Source: an uncultured Dethiobacter sp.
GTDB lineage: Bacteria; Bacillota; Dethiobacteria; DTU022; UBA8154
NCBI GenBank assembly: GCA_964487385.1
Contig: CAZAQM010000001.1
Coordinates: 1-58,004, forward strand
Reading direction: 5' to 3'
Length of the DNA stretch: 58,004 bases
The position numbers and the translations under genes are program-made. Below are positions 48,951 to 57,316 of this stretch, piece by piece. A model generated the notes under the pieces. That model made no database searches. It had not been told where the DNA came from and worked only from the letters and a program-made list of their open reading frames with translations. Position 1 is the first letter of the stretch. Every line of letters begins with the position of its first letter.

Positions 48951-50185
48951 TTGTCCATGTTGAGGGATAAAAGCCTCGCTCCCGAAGGGCTTTTAAAGAT
49001 ACAATGGGTAAAGGAACATATGCCGGTTCTTCGGGAACTTGAAAAGATGTTCAGCGGAGCAAAGGTTTTTAACGGGCAAAACATCGCTATTTGCCTGCAC
49101 CTGGAAGCTAAAACCGCCTACCTGGCCCTGGTATTGAAAGAGGCGGGGGCCAGGGTGGTTATTACGGGTAGCAACCCCTTATCGACACAGGATGATATTG
49201 CTGCCGCCCTCGATGGGGAGGGGGTGGAGGTGTATGCCTGGCATAATTCCTCGCAGCAGGAATATGCTAAGCACCTTTACCAAACTGCCTGTACCGAACC
49301 GCAGCTCATTATTGATGACGGCGGGGACCTGGTTTCCCTCCTGCATAGGAAGTTTAACAATTATCTGCCCTTTGTTTTGGGGGGCGCCGAGGAGACGACA
49401 ACAGGCTTGCTCCGCCTCAGGTCCATGGAAAAGCAGGGCGCCCTTGGTTTTCCCATGATGGCGGTCAATGATGCCCGGTGCAAGTTTCTTTTCGACAACC
49501 GCTATGGTACGGGCCAATCCGTCTGGGACGGCATTATGCGTTCCACCAACTTGATCGTTGCCGGCAAAAATGTCGTCGTCCTGGGGTACGGTTGGTGCGG
49601 AAAAGGGGTTGCCATGAGGGCCAAAGGGCTGGGGGGGCGCGTTTTTGTCTGCGAGGTGGATCCCATTAAGGCCCTGGAGGCGCATATGGATGGTTTTCAG
49701 GTAGCTCCTTTGCGGGAGGTTGCCGCCCGGGGGGATATTTTTGTGACGGTAACGGGCTGTAGTCAGGCCATTGCAGGTGAGCATTTGCAAATGATGAAAG
49801 ACCAAGCCATCCTTGCCAATGCCGGCCAATTGATAAGGATGCTCTCCGGGATCTGGCAGGCCCTCCGAGAAGGGTGAGAAAAAACATCGACGCCTATCTT
49901 TTCCCCGATGGCCGGAGAATTTATCTGCTGGGGGAAGGGCGGCTGGTCAATCTTGCTGCCGCCGATGGGCATCCGGCGGAAATTATGGATATGTCCTTTG
50001 GGCTGCAGGTGCTGGCCCTCAGATATCTTTTGGAAAACCAGGGAAAGTTGGAGCATAAAGTATATTCCCTGCCCCCCGGTCTGGACAGAGAAGTAGCCTG
50101 GCTGAAGCTGAAGGGCCTGGGACTGAGGATAGATGATCTCGATGCTGCACAAAAGGAATACCTGGAAAGCTGGGAAATTAACTAG
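48951..50185 (+). pseudogene. ahcY: adenosylhomocysteinase-family gene split by a frameshift at about 49828/49829
   Basis: Track ORF 48951..49877 carries AhcY residues up to ...MKDQAILANAG. The rest (IDKDALRDLAG...DGRRIYLLGEGRLVNLAAADGHPAEIMDMSF...) continues in another frame through 50185. The HFDxE residues expected after NAG are missing. Confidence 0.8.
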
Positions 50186-50222
50186 GAACGGGGAGGGAAG
50201 CGCCGGGTTTTGCCGGGATGGC

Positions 50223-51029
50223 ATGATGAAAATTGAAAGAGCAATCATTGGGGGAACGGGTTTTTATGATCCACAGTTGCTGGAGGATAAAAAAGATCTC
50301 CATGTTAAAACAAGGTATGGCAGCGTTTATTTATTAACCGGTCGGTACGGGGAGGTTCCCATGGCCTTTTTAACGCGGCATGGCAGGGAGCACCAGATCC
50401 CCCCGCACCGCATTAATCACCGGGCTAATATAGCCGCTTTAAAGGAGCTGGGGGTAACCAGGATCCTCGCTGCAACGGCTGTCGGTTCCCTGAGGGAGGA
50501 ACTGACCGCCGGCAAGCTGGTTATTATTGATCAATTTATCGATTTCACCAGGGGGCTGATTCCCACTTTTTATGATGGTGAAGACGACCGGGTGGTCCAC
50601 ACCGACTTTACGGAGCCCTACTGTCCGCAGTTGAGAAAGTGTCTGGCGGCTGTCATGGAGAAAAAAGAAATAACCTTTATTGATGGCGGCACATATATTA
50701 CTACAGATGGGCCCCGTTATGAAACCCCGGCAGAAATCAGGGCTTTTTCTCTTTTAGGGGGGGATGTGGTGGGGATGACCAATGCCCCCGAGGCAATCCT
50801 GGCCCGGGAAGCCGGCCTTTGTTATGCAAACTTATCTTTGATTACCAATTATGCAGCCGGGATTTCCCCCCATCCGCTGACCCACCAGGAAGTAGTGGAG
50901 ATGATGGGCGAAAAAGTCGGCCTGATCAGGGCAATTTTTATGGAAACGCTGCTGGCACTGCCCCCGGAAAGGGAATGCCTTTGCGGTGTAAAAGAAGAGT
51001 ATAACCTTGGGCAGCAGGGCGGTGGCTAA
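50223..51029 (+). CDS. mtnP: S-methyl-5'-thioadenosine (or thioinosine) phosphorylase, MTAP/PNP family
   Basis: Motifs IIGGTGFYD, FLTRHGREHQIPPHRINHRANI and GGDVVGMTN are present. Start trimmed to ATG 50223. Confidence 0.88.
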   Translation: MMKIERAIIGGTGFYDPQLLEDKKDLHVKTRYGSVYLLTGRYGEVPMAFLTRHGREHQIPPHRINHRANIAALKELGVTRILAATAVGSLREELTAGKLVIIDQFIDFTRGLIPTFYDGEDDRVVHTDFTEPYCPQLRKCLAAVMEKKEITFIDGGTYITTDGPRYETPAEIRAFSLLGGDVVGMTNAPEAILAREAGLCYANLSLITNYAAGISPHPLTHQEVVEMMGEKVGLIRAIFMETLLALPPERECLCGVKEEYNLGQQGGG

Positions 51030-51031
51030 AG

Positions 51032-52129
51032 ATGCAGGAAGTCCGCCCCATTATCTGGAGCAGCAACGCCCTTCATCTGCTCGATCAGCGGTTGTTGCCG
51101 GCCAGGGAAGTATATATCCCCTGCAGGAATGTTGGTGATGTTGCGCAATGTATAAAAAATATGGTCGTCAGGGGCGCTCCGGCCATTGGCATTTCAGCAG
51201 CTTATGGCATGGTTCTGGCGGCCCGTAGCCTGCTGGCCGGCGTGGCCGATCAGCAGGCAGGCGGTGAGCTGCAGCCCGGTTTCCTGGAGAAGCTACGGGA
51301 GGCGGCCGTTCAGCTCAAGGAAACACGCCCTACGGCCGTCAATCTAAGCTGGGCAGTGGAAAGAATTTTAAAAAGGGCCGGGGCTCTTACCGGAAAAAAG
51401 CCGGAGACGGTCCTCGAAGAGCTGGAATTTGCAGCAAATAAAATGTACCAGGAAGATATTGAGATCAACAAACGAATCGGCAGGTGGGGGGCGGAGCTGA
51501 TTCAGCAGGGCAGCACCATTCTCACGCATTGCAATGCCGGCGCACTGGCAACTGCCGGTTACGGCACTGCCCTGGGGGTTATCAGGAGTGCCTTTGCCCA
51601 GGGCAAAGATATAGGCGTTTTTGCTGATGAAACGAGGCCATTTCTACAGGGTTCGCGCCTCACTGTCTGGGAGCTGCAAAAAGAGGGGATTCCGGTAACG
51701 CTCATCGTCGATAGCGCCGCCGGTTACTATATGAGCAAAAAGCGCATCCACTGCGTTGTGGTGGGCGCAGATCGAGTTGCCGCCAATGGCGACACTGCCA
51801 ACAAGATCGGTACCTACCCGCTGGCAGTGCTGGCCAAAGAAAACGCTATCCCTTTTTATGTGGCCGCACCCTTTTCAACCTTCGATCTTTCACTTGGATC
51901 GGGCAGCGATATCGTCGTAGAGGAAAGGGATCCCGGTGAAGTTACCCACTTTCATAATGCTCTGCTGACGGTCCCGGGGGCTTCCGCCGGTAATCCTGCC
52001 TTTGATATTACCCCGGCATCCCTTGTTTCAGCTTTTATTACAGAATTCGGAGTTCTTCATGCGCCCAACCGGGCAAAAATAAAGGATTGGATGACAGCAA
52101 ATAATCGGGGAGAGGAAATGGGGGGGTAA
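51032..52129 (+). CDS. mtnA: S-methyl-5-thioribose-1-phosphate isomerase
   Basis: eIF-2B-like family. Motifs LLDQRLLP, MVVRGAPAIG, THCNAGALAT and GADRVAANGDTANKIGTY are present. Confidence 0.9.
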   Translation: MQEVRPIIWSSNALHLLDQRLLPAREVYIPCRNVGDVAQCIKNMVVRGAPAIGISAAYGMVLAARSLLAGVADQQAGGELQPGFLEKLREAAVQLKETRPTAVNLSWAVERILKRAGALTGKKPETVLEELEFAANKMYQEDIEINKRIGRWGAELIQQGSTILTHCNAGALATAGYGTALGVIRSAFAQGKDIGVFADETRPFLQGSRLTVWELQKEGIPVTLIVDSAAGYYMSKKRIHCVVVGADRVAANGDTANKIGTYPLAVLAKENAIPFYVAAPFSTFDLSLGSGSDIVVEERDPGEVTHFHNALLTVPGASAGNPAFDITPASLVSAFITEFGVLHAPNRAKIKDWMTANNRGEEMGG

Positions 52130-52152
52130 GGATTTTACCGCAAAAAATACTG

Positions 52153-53436
52153 GTGCAGGCAGATTATCTTTTAAAGTGGGACGAAAAGCTGAAAATAGTT
52201 CCCCAGGGCGAGGTAGTGATCGAAGGAGGCATTATTACCTATTCCGGTCCGGCCCGCCAGGAAGGGGAAAAGGATTTTACCAGGGTGATCGAGGGAAAAG
52301 ACAAGCTAATCATGCCGGGTTTTATCAATACGCATACCCATGCGGCGATGTCCCTCTTCCGCGGCTATGCCGACGATATGCCCCTCCAGGAATGGCTGGA
52401 AAAAAGAATTTGGCCCGTGGAAGCAAAACTTAATGAAGGGGATATCTATTGGGGAACGCTGCTGGCCATCTGCGAAATGATCAGGGGGGGCACAACCTGT
52501 TTTGCCGATATGTATTTTTATATGGAGGAAGCGGCTAAAGCGTGCCTGGAAAGTGGTATGAGGGCCTCTCTGTCCCAGGGACTTGTGGGACTCGATGCTG
52601 CAAAGGGGATGGCTTCCCTGGAAGAGGGGAAAAAACTGGTCCGCGATTGGCATGGAAAAGGGGAGGGGAGAATTACTGTCATGCTTGGGCCCCATGCGCC
52701 CTATACCTGCCCTCCGGAGTATCTCCGCAAGGTGGCTGGGGCAGCTGAATTGCTGCAGGTTCCCATACATATCCACCTTGCCGAAACAAGAAATGAAGTT
52801 GAAGAAACGCTGAGAATGCACGGTAAAAGGCCTGTGGAGCTAATGGAACAGATTGGCTTGCTGGAACAAAAGGTCCTGGCGGCGCACTGTGTTTACCTGA
52901 CACGGGGAGAGATGCACATGATGGCAGAAAACAAAACAGCCGTGGCTCATAATCCGGGAAGCAACCTAAAACTAGGGTCCGGAGTAGCGCCCCTTGCCGA
53001 TCTGCTGCAAAGAGGGGTTTTGGTTTCCCTGGGGACGGATGGAGCTGCCAGCAATAATAATTTGGATATGCTGGAGGAAATGCGGCTGGCGGCGCTTTTA
53101 CAAAAAGGTTTTGGGGAAGATCCGACTTTGGTTCCTGCTGAAGAGGCTTTGGCGCTGGCAACAGTAAATGGGGCAGGGGCATTATTCCTTGAGGAAGGGA
53201 CTGGAACGCTTAAAGAAGGTTCCAGGGCTGATTTAATCATGGTTAAACTAGGCTCGCCCCATCTCCATCCCCTGCACAGCATTACGGCGCATCTGGCCTA
53301 TTCCGCTCTTTCCAGCGATGTAGAACTAACCATGATCGATGGAAATATTCTCATGGAAAAAGGGGATTTAAAAACTGTCGATGAAGAAAGAATCCTTTTT
53401 GAAACTGAAAAAATTTCCGCGCGGCTGGTGGGTTAA
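52153..53436 (+). CDS. mtaD: 5-methylthioadenosine / S-adenosylhomocysteine deaminase
   Basis: Amidohydrolase motif PGFINTHTHAAMSLFRGYADDMPLQEWL, plus HLAET and GTDGAASNN. GTG start. Confidence 0.88.
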   Translation: MQADYLLKWDEKLKIVPQGEVVIEGGIITYSGPARQEGEKDFTRVIEGKDKLIMPGFINTHTHAAMSLFRGYADDMPLQEWLEKRIWPVEAKLNEGDIYWGTLLAICEMIRGGTTCFADMYFYMEEAAKACLESGMRASLSQGLVGLDAAKGMASLEEGKKLVRDWHGKGEGRITVMLGPHAPYTCPPEYLRKVAGAAELLQVPIHIHLAETRNEVEETLRMHGKRPVELMEQIGLLEQKVLAAHCVYLTRGEMHMMAENKTAVAHNPGSNLKLGSGVAPLADLLQRGVLVSLGTDGAASNNNLDMLEEMRLAALLQKGFGEDPTLVPAEEALALATVNGAGALFLEEGTGTLKEGSRADLIMVKLGSPHLHPLHSITAHLAYSALSSDVELTMIDGNILMEKGDLKTVDEERILFETEKISARLVG

Positions 53437-53461
53437 TAGTAGAGAGGATGGTTGATTAAAT

Positions 53462-54235
53462 ATGCTCATATTGCTCACCAACGATGATGGAATTTATGCG
53501 GAAGGGATTCAGATCCTGGGGGAAAAGCTTCTTGGCGACGAGGCCATTGATCTTTATATCGTTGCCCCTGAACATGAACAGAGCGCCACGGGTCATTCCA
53601 TCACCATGCATCGCCCCCTGCGCACCGAGGCAGCGAAATTTTATCATAATCCTGATTTGAAGGGATGGTCTGTTAATGGCACTCCTGCCGATTGTGTAAA
53701 ACTTGCCATCGAATATTTACTGCCCCGAAAACCCGATCTGGTCATCTCCGGAATCAATAACGGTTCAAATCTTGGCAGCGATATCCTTTATTCCGGCACG
53801 GTTTCAGCAGCCATAGAGGCAATTATTTTGGGAGTTCCGGCCTTGGCTGTTTCCTTAACCGAACAAGAAAGCGCCGATTTTCATTTTGCAGCCGATTTTA
53901 CTCTTAACCTTGTCGGAGTTATCGAAGAAAATGATTTGCCGAAAAGTACGCTTTTAAATATAAACATTCCCGGAACGAAAAGCAGCGAGATAGCCGGAAT
54001 AGCTGTCACTAGGCAGGGGACGCGGCAGTACCGCAATGCTTTTCAGGAAAGGACAGATCCCCGGGGGAAAAATTATTTCTGGCTGGCCGGCGAAGTGGTG
54101 GATACTTTTGAGGATGACGAGGATACGGATGTGGCAGCGATCCACAAATCTTTTATCTCCATTACGCCCATACACTTCGATCTGACGAATTTTAAACTGC
54201 TGGATAGGCTCAAAGCCATACAGTGGAGACTTTAA
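53462..54235 (+). CDS. surE: 5'/3'-nucleotidase SurE
   Basis: MLILLTNDDGIYAEGI, GINNGSNLG and YSGTVSAA are present. Confidence 0.94.
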   Translation: MLILLTNDDGIYAEGIQILGEKLLGDEAIDLYIVAPEHEQSATGHSITMHRPLRTEAAKFYHNPDLKGWSVNGTPADCVKLAIEYLLPRKPDLVISGINNGSNLGSDILYSGTVSAAIEAIILGVPALAVSLTEQESADFHFAADFTLNLVGVIEENDLPKSTLLNINIPGTKSSEIAGIAVTRQGTRQYRNAFQERTDPRGKNYFWLAGEVVDTFEDDEDTDVAAIHKSFISITPIHFDLTNFKLLDRLKAIQWRL

Positions 54236-54247
54236 GCCCTGGAAAGG

Positions 54248-54361
54248 ATGTTGCCGGTGGAACTGCCGGAAAAGATGGAAAGATATCTGGAATCCAGCCT
54301 TTTATGCCCCGATGTAGCGAAAGACGATATTAAACTGCTTTGTGAGAAAGCACTTCATTGA
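54248..54361 (+). pseudogene. possible 37-codon remnant of a deoxyribose-phosphate aldolase (deoC-like) N-terminus
   Basis: MLPVELPEKMERYLESSLLCPDVAKDDIKLLCEKALH-stop resembles the DeoC N-terminal pattern (Y)IDHTLLKPDAT..DI..LC.EA. The ORF is truncated after 37 codons. The similarity is from memory only. Confidence 0.3.
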
Positions 54362-54479
54362 CCGATAAGGAAATAAAAAGATAAGCAATAATTAGCAACT
54401 GGAAATATATATATATCGGTATAAATTCTTCTTCCCGGCATAGAAATGTTTTAAAGCGGTGGAAGGAGGATTTTTATAA

Positions 54480-55211
54480 ATGTATGCCAATTTTTTAAAA
54501 AAAGAGCCGAAGAGGAAAACAGAAATAGTTTTTCTTTCGGTTCTCCTTTTTATTATCTTTTGTTTTGCTTGTTACTTTGTATTTTATGTGAGATATCTCC
54601 CCGGGAAAATTCTAGAAAAGGCATTGTCTTATATGGAAGGAAGTGATCAGGATCTAGAAGTGATCATATGTGAAAAGGGAACGGGCTATCAGATTCTGCT
54701 CGAAGGATATATCGCGGGCAATAGAGACTTTTATGGTAAAATTGCGGATTTTAATTTGGAGCTTTATTGCCCCAAGGATAAAGACCTACTAATTAAAGAT
54801 GAAAAGGACGGCCAATGGAAAGAAGCCTCGCTGCTAAATCTAAAATCCCTTAACGGGTTTATAAATCCGCCTTTTGCACTCCTTAAGATTTGCAATCCTC
54901 TTTTTTCCAAGGCAAAATTTCAGGGGAACCCCCATAGAACAAAATCCCTGATTTTACTGCGCATTCCCCCTGAACTTCTCGATAAATGGTATCCAACCGT
55001 GGCAAAAGATTTTGGCAGCAAGCTAAGTTTGGACTGTGTGGTTGCTGTTAACCAGAAGACTTCCTTTATCGATGAGGTGAACTTGTCTTTCATTGATAAA
55101 AGTACAGGCGAGGGATTTTTTAACAGAAGCTATTCCTATCGCCCCTTAGAAAATAATTCCTTTAAAACGATCTATCCACCAAAGCTGGAATACCTAAATA
55201 ACAATATTTAG
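54480..55211 (+). CDS. hypothetical membrane-anchored protein (243 aa)
   Basis: GGAAGGAGGA RBS is present. One N-terminal TM (IVFLSVLLFIIFCFACYFVFYV) is followed by a soluble domain with no motif I recognise. The gene is AT-rich. Confidence 0.6.
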   Translation: MYANFLKKEPKRKTEIVFLSVLLFIIFCFACYFVFYVRYLPGKILEKALSYMEGSDQDLEVIICEKGTGYQILLEGYIAGNRDFYGKIADFNLELYCPKDKDLLIKDEKDGQWKEASLLNLKSLNGFINPPFALLKICNPLFSKAKFQGNPHRTKSLILLRIPPELLDKWYPTVAKDFGSKLSLDCVVAVNQKTSFIDEVNLSFIDKSTGEGFFNRSYSYRPLENNSFKTIYPPKLEYLNNNI

Positions 55212-55385
55212 AGTATTTCCCCACGAGAATCCAACCCCATAATTTTTTGCCCCTCCTTCTGCCATACCTTTTCCCAAATTTTTAAGTATTTTATTTAAAA
55301 AGAAGGAATAAACCGGAAAAGAGAGAAAAAGTTAAAAAAGGTATTAACTTGATCTTTGGTAAAGGAAAGGGGGAAAGAATTAGGT

Positions 55386-56189
55386 ATGGAAGGGGGAAAA
55401 ACAAGGAAGCTGCCGGATATCCTTACCGGGGAGGAAAGGGATGCTCTTCTTGGCCAGCCTAATCCCAAAGCGCCCACCGGGCTGCGCAATCTGTGCATAC
55501 TAAGGTTAATGCTTGATACGGGGATAACCCTATCGGAACTGTTAAACCTTAAGTTGGAGGATATCGATTTTGAAGAGGGGCAGATTGTGATCAAAAAAGA
55601 GGATCGGGGGAAAAACCGCAGTGCCTGGATAGGCGGTGAGACTCTTGAATACCTCAGGAAATGGAATGTCATCTCCCCCCGGGGCGAGTACCTGTTTAGC
55701 ACCTTAAAGGGTGGACAACTGGATGGTCGCTATATTAGGGAAATGGTAAAAAGGCTTTCCCGGAAAGCAGGTATTAAAAAAAATATTTTTCCTCATTCCC
55801 TTCGTCATACCTTTGCAGTCGATCTGTACCGGGAAACAAAAAACATTCGCTCTGTGCAGAAGGCATTGGGGCATGCGGATATTTCCACGACGACGATTTA
55901 TACCTATCTTGTAGAGACGGAACCCGAGGAAATCCGGCTAGTTTTCGACAGTAACCGTCAGGTAAAACAGCTGCCAAAGTTGGCGGAAAAAGCAAAACCC
56001 TTTTTCAGGGTAGAAAAAAATAGTAAAATGAATTTACCCAAGTATGTTTTTAAATGCAAGTGCGGTGAAATTGTGGGACGCCAAATGGAGAGGTGTCCCG
56101 GGTGTGGGGAGAAAATAGAGGACCTGCTGGAAAAAATAAAAACTGATTTTCAACGGGTCAATTTTGGACAACCCCCACCTAAAAAGTAA
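55386..56189 (+). CDS. tyrosine-recombinase-like protein: catalytic domain only, Arg-I replaced, C-terminal zinc ribbon
   Basis: HSLRHTFA (HxxR) and LGHADISTTTIYTYL (His/Tyr) are intact. The box aligning to ATGLRxSEL reads DTGITLSEL. Only ~30 aa precede the catalytic domain. The tail carries CKCG...CPGCG. Confidence 0.75.
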   Translation: MEGGKTRKLPDILTGEERDALLGQPNPKAPTGLRNLCILRLMLDTGITLSELLNLKLEDIDFEEGQIVIKKEDRGKNRSAWIGGETLEYLRKWNVISPRGEYLFSTLKGGQLDGRYIREMVKRLSRKAGIKKNIFPHSLRHTFAVDLYRETKNIRSVQKALGHADISTTTIYTYLVETEPEEIRLVFDSNRQVKQLPKLAEKAKPFFRVEKNSKMNLPKYVFKCKCGEIVGRQMERCPGCGEKIEDLLEKIKTDFQRVNFGQPPPKK

Positions 56190-57143
56190 CTACTTTATTA
56201 AAAAGCCCCGATCATTATAGACTTTCAGATGTTGGATATCTTCCAGCGGCGCCAGATCGATCGTTTCCTTCAAGGAAAGGCTGAGGTGCTCCAGGAGATG
56301 CATCCCCGAAAGTGGGGAAATATTCCTGATTTCATTTCCAGTAAGGCGCAGTTCCCTCAGGTTTGTCATTTCGGCCAGGGGGGAAATATCGTGGATTCTG
56401 TTGCTTGAAAGATCCAGTATATGCATATTGGACAAGGATTGGAGCGGAGAAATATCGATAATATAATTTTGACTCAGATCTAGTTTCCATACCCTGGGGT
56501 TATTTACCAAGGGGGCGATCTCCCTGATATCGTTGTTTCCCAGATTCAATTCGTCGAGATGTTCTAAATTTGCCAGTATTCCGATATCATAGATTCTGTT
56601 ATGGCTTAAATCCAGATTCAAAAGGCCCGTCAGCCCGGCCAGATCAGAAATATCCCTGATCATATTATCCTGTAGATCGAGGACGAGTAGGTTGGGTAGT
56701 TTTTTTAAAGGCGAAAGATTGCTGATCTTGTTGCCCGAAAGGTAAAGGTTTTCCAGTTTTTTTAATTTAGCCAGGGAAGAAATATTGGTAATTTCATTAT
56801 CCCGCAAGTCAAGCTCCCAAAGGTTTTTTAATTTAGCCAGGGGTGAGATATCGCTAAGGTTGTTGTCCCTTAGGATAAGGCTTTCCAAGGATCCTGCTTC
56901 TTCCAGGCCTGAAATGTTAACAATGTTTTTTCCGCTCAGATCCAGGGAAATTATTGAAGAGAGATCTTTTCTAATTAGTTTTCTATCAAATATGTTAATT
57001 TCTTCGCGGAGGCAGCTTTCCAGTTGTGGATCGCTGAAGGAAACCTCAAAAAGGTCACAACCTGCTGAAAATAAAAGAAAAAGAATGCCTGTTATCAAAA
57101 ACAAAAAGGGATACAGTTTAATGGTATTTGCTCTTTTAGCCAT
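56190..57143 (-). CDS. leucine-rich-repeat (internalin-type, 22-residue LRR) lipoprotein
   Basis: AAGGAG RBS is present. Signal peptide with lipobox LFSAGC. About 10-11 tandem LxxLxLxxNxIxDISPLxxLxx units follow. Confidence 0.85.
   Translation of the reverse strand: MAKRANTIKLYPFLFLITGILFLLFSAGCDLFEVSFSDPQLESCLREEINIFDRKLIRKDLSSIISLDLSGKNIVNISGLEEAGSLESLILRDNNLSDISPLAKLKNLWELDLRDNEITNISSLAKLKKLENLYLSGNKISNLSPLKKLPNLLVLDLQDNMIRDISDLAGLTGLLNLDLSHNRIYDIGILANLEHLDELNLGNNDIREIAPLVNNPRVWKLDLSQNYIIDISPLQSLSNMHILDLSSNRIHDISPLAEMTNLRELRLTGNEIRNISPLSGMHLLEHLSLSLKETIDLAPLEDIQHLKVYNDRGFLIK
56244..56963 (-). repeat. tandem 66-nt (22-codon) LRR coding repeats
   Basis: Periodicity is seen in the translation (residues ~61-300 of the LRR protein). 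The DNA copies have diverged. Confidence 0.7.
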
Positions 57144-57316
57144 ACTACTATAGGCAGCTCCTTACTAAAGAAGTGAAATTATTTCCTATCCTAAAGATAT
57201 TTCGCTGGCTTTTTCCATAATCCTGCATTTTACTAAGATTTAGGTGGGCGCTGTCCAAATTGTAGGTTACATTCATATCGGCTGTTATCGTACAGCATAC
57301 CAGGGGAGGAAAAGAC

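Noticed and set aside
49868-49880. Stop-codon recoding (selenocysteine or read-through) at the TGA ending the first ahcY ORF.
   Set aside because: The downstream AhcY-homologous sequence is in a different frame from that TGA. Homology is already lost ~16 codons upstream of the stop, so a frameshifting indel explains the split, not read-through.
54392-54430. dif-like site or recombination target near the (AT)6 run (GGAAATATATATATATCGGTATAAATTC).
   Set aside because: Only the AT-rich centre resembles the B. subtilis dif core. Neither XerC/XerD arm (ACTTCCTAGAA / TTATGTAAACT) is matched. This chromosomal neighbourhood (nusA, recA) is not terminus-proximal in related genomes.
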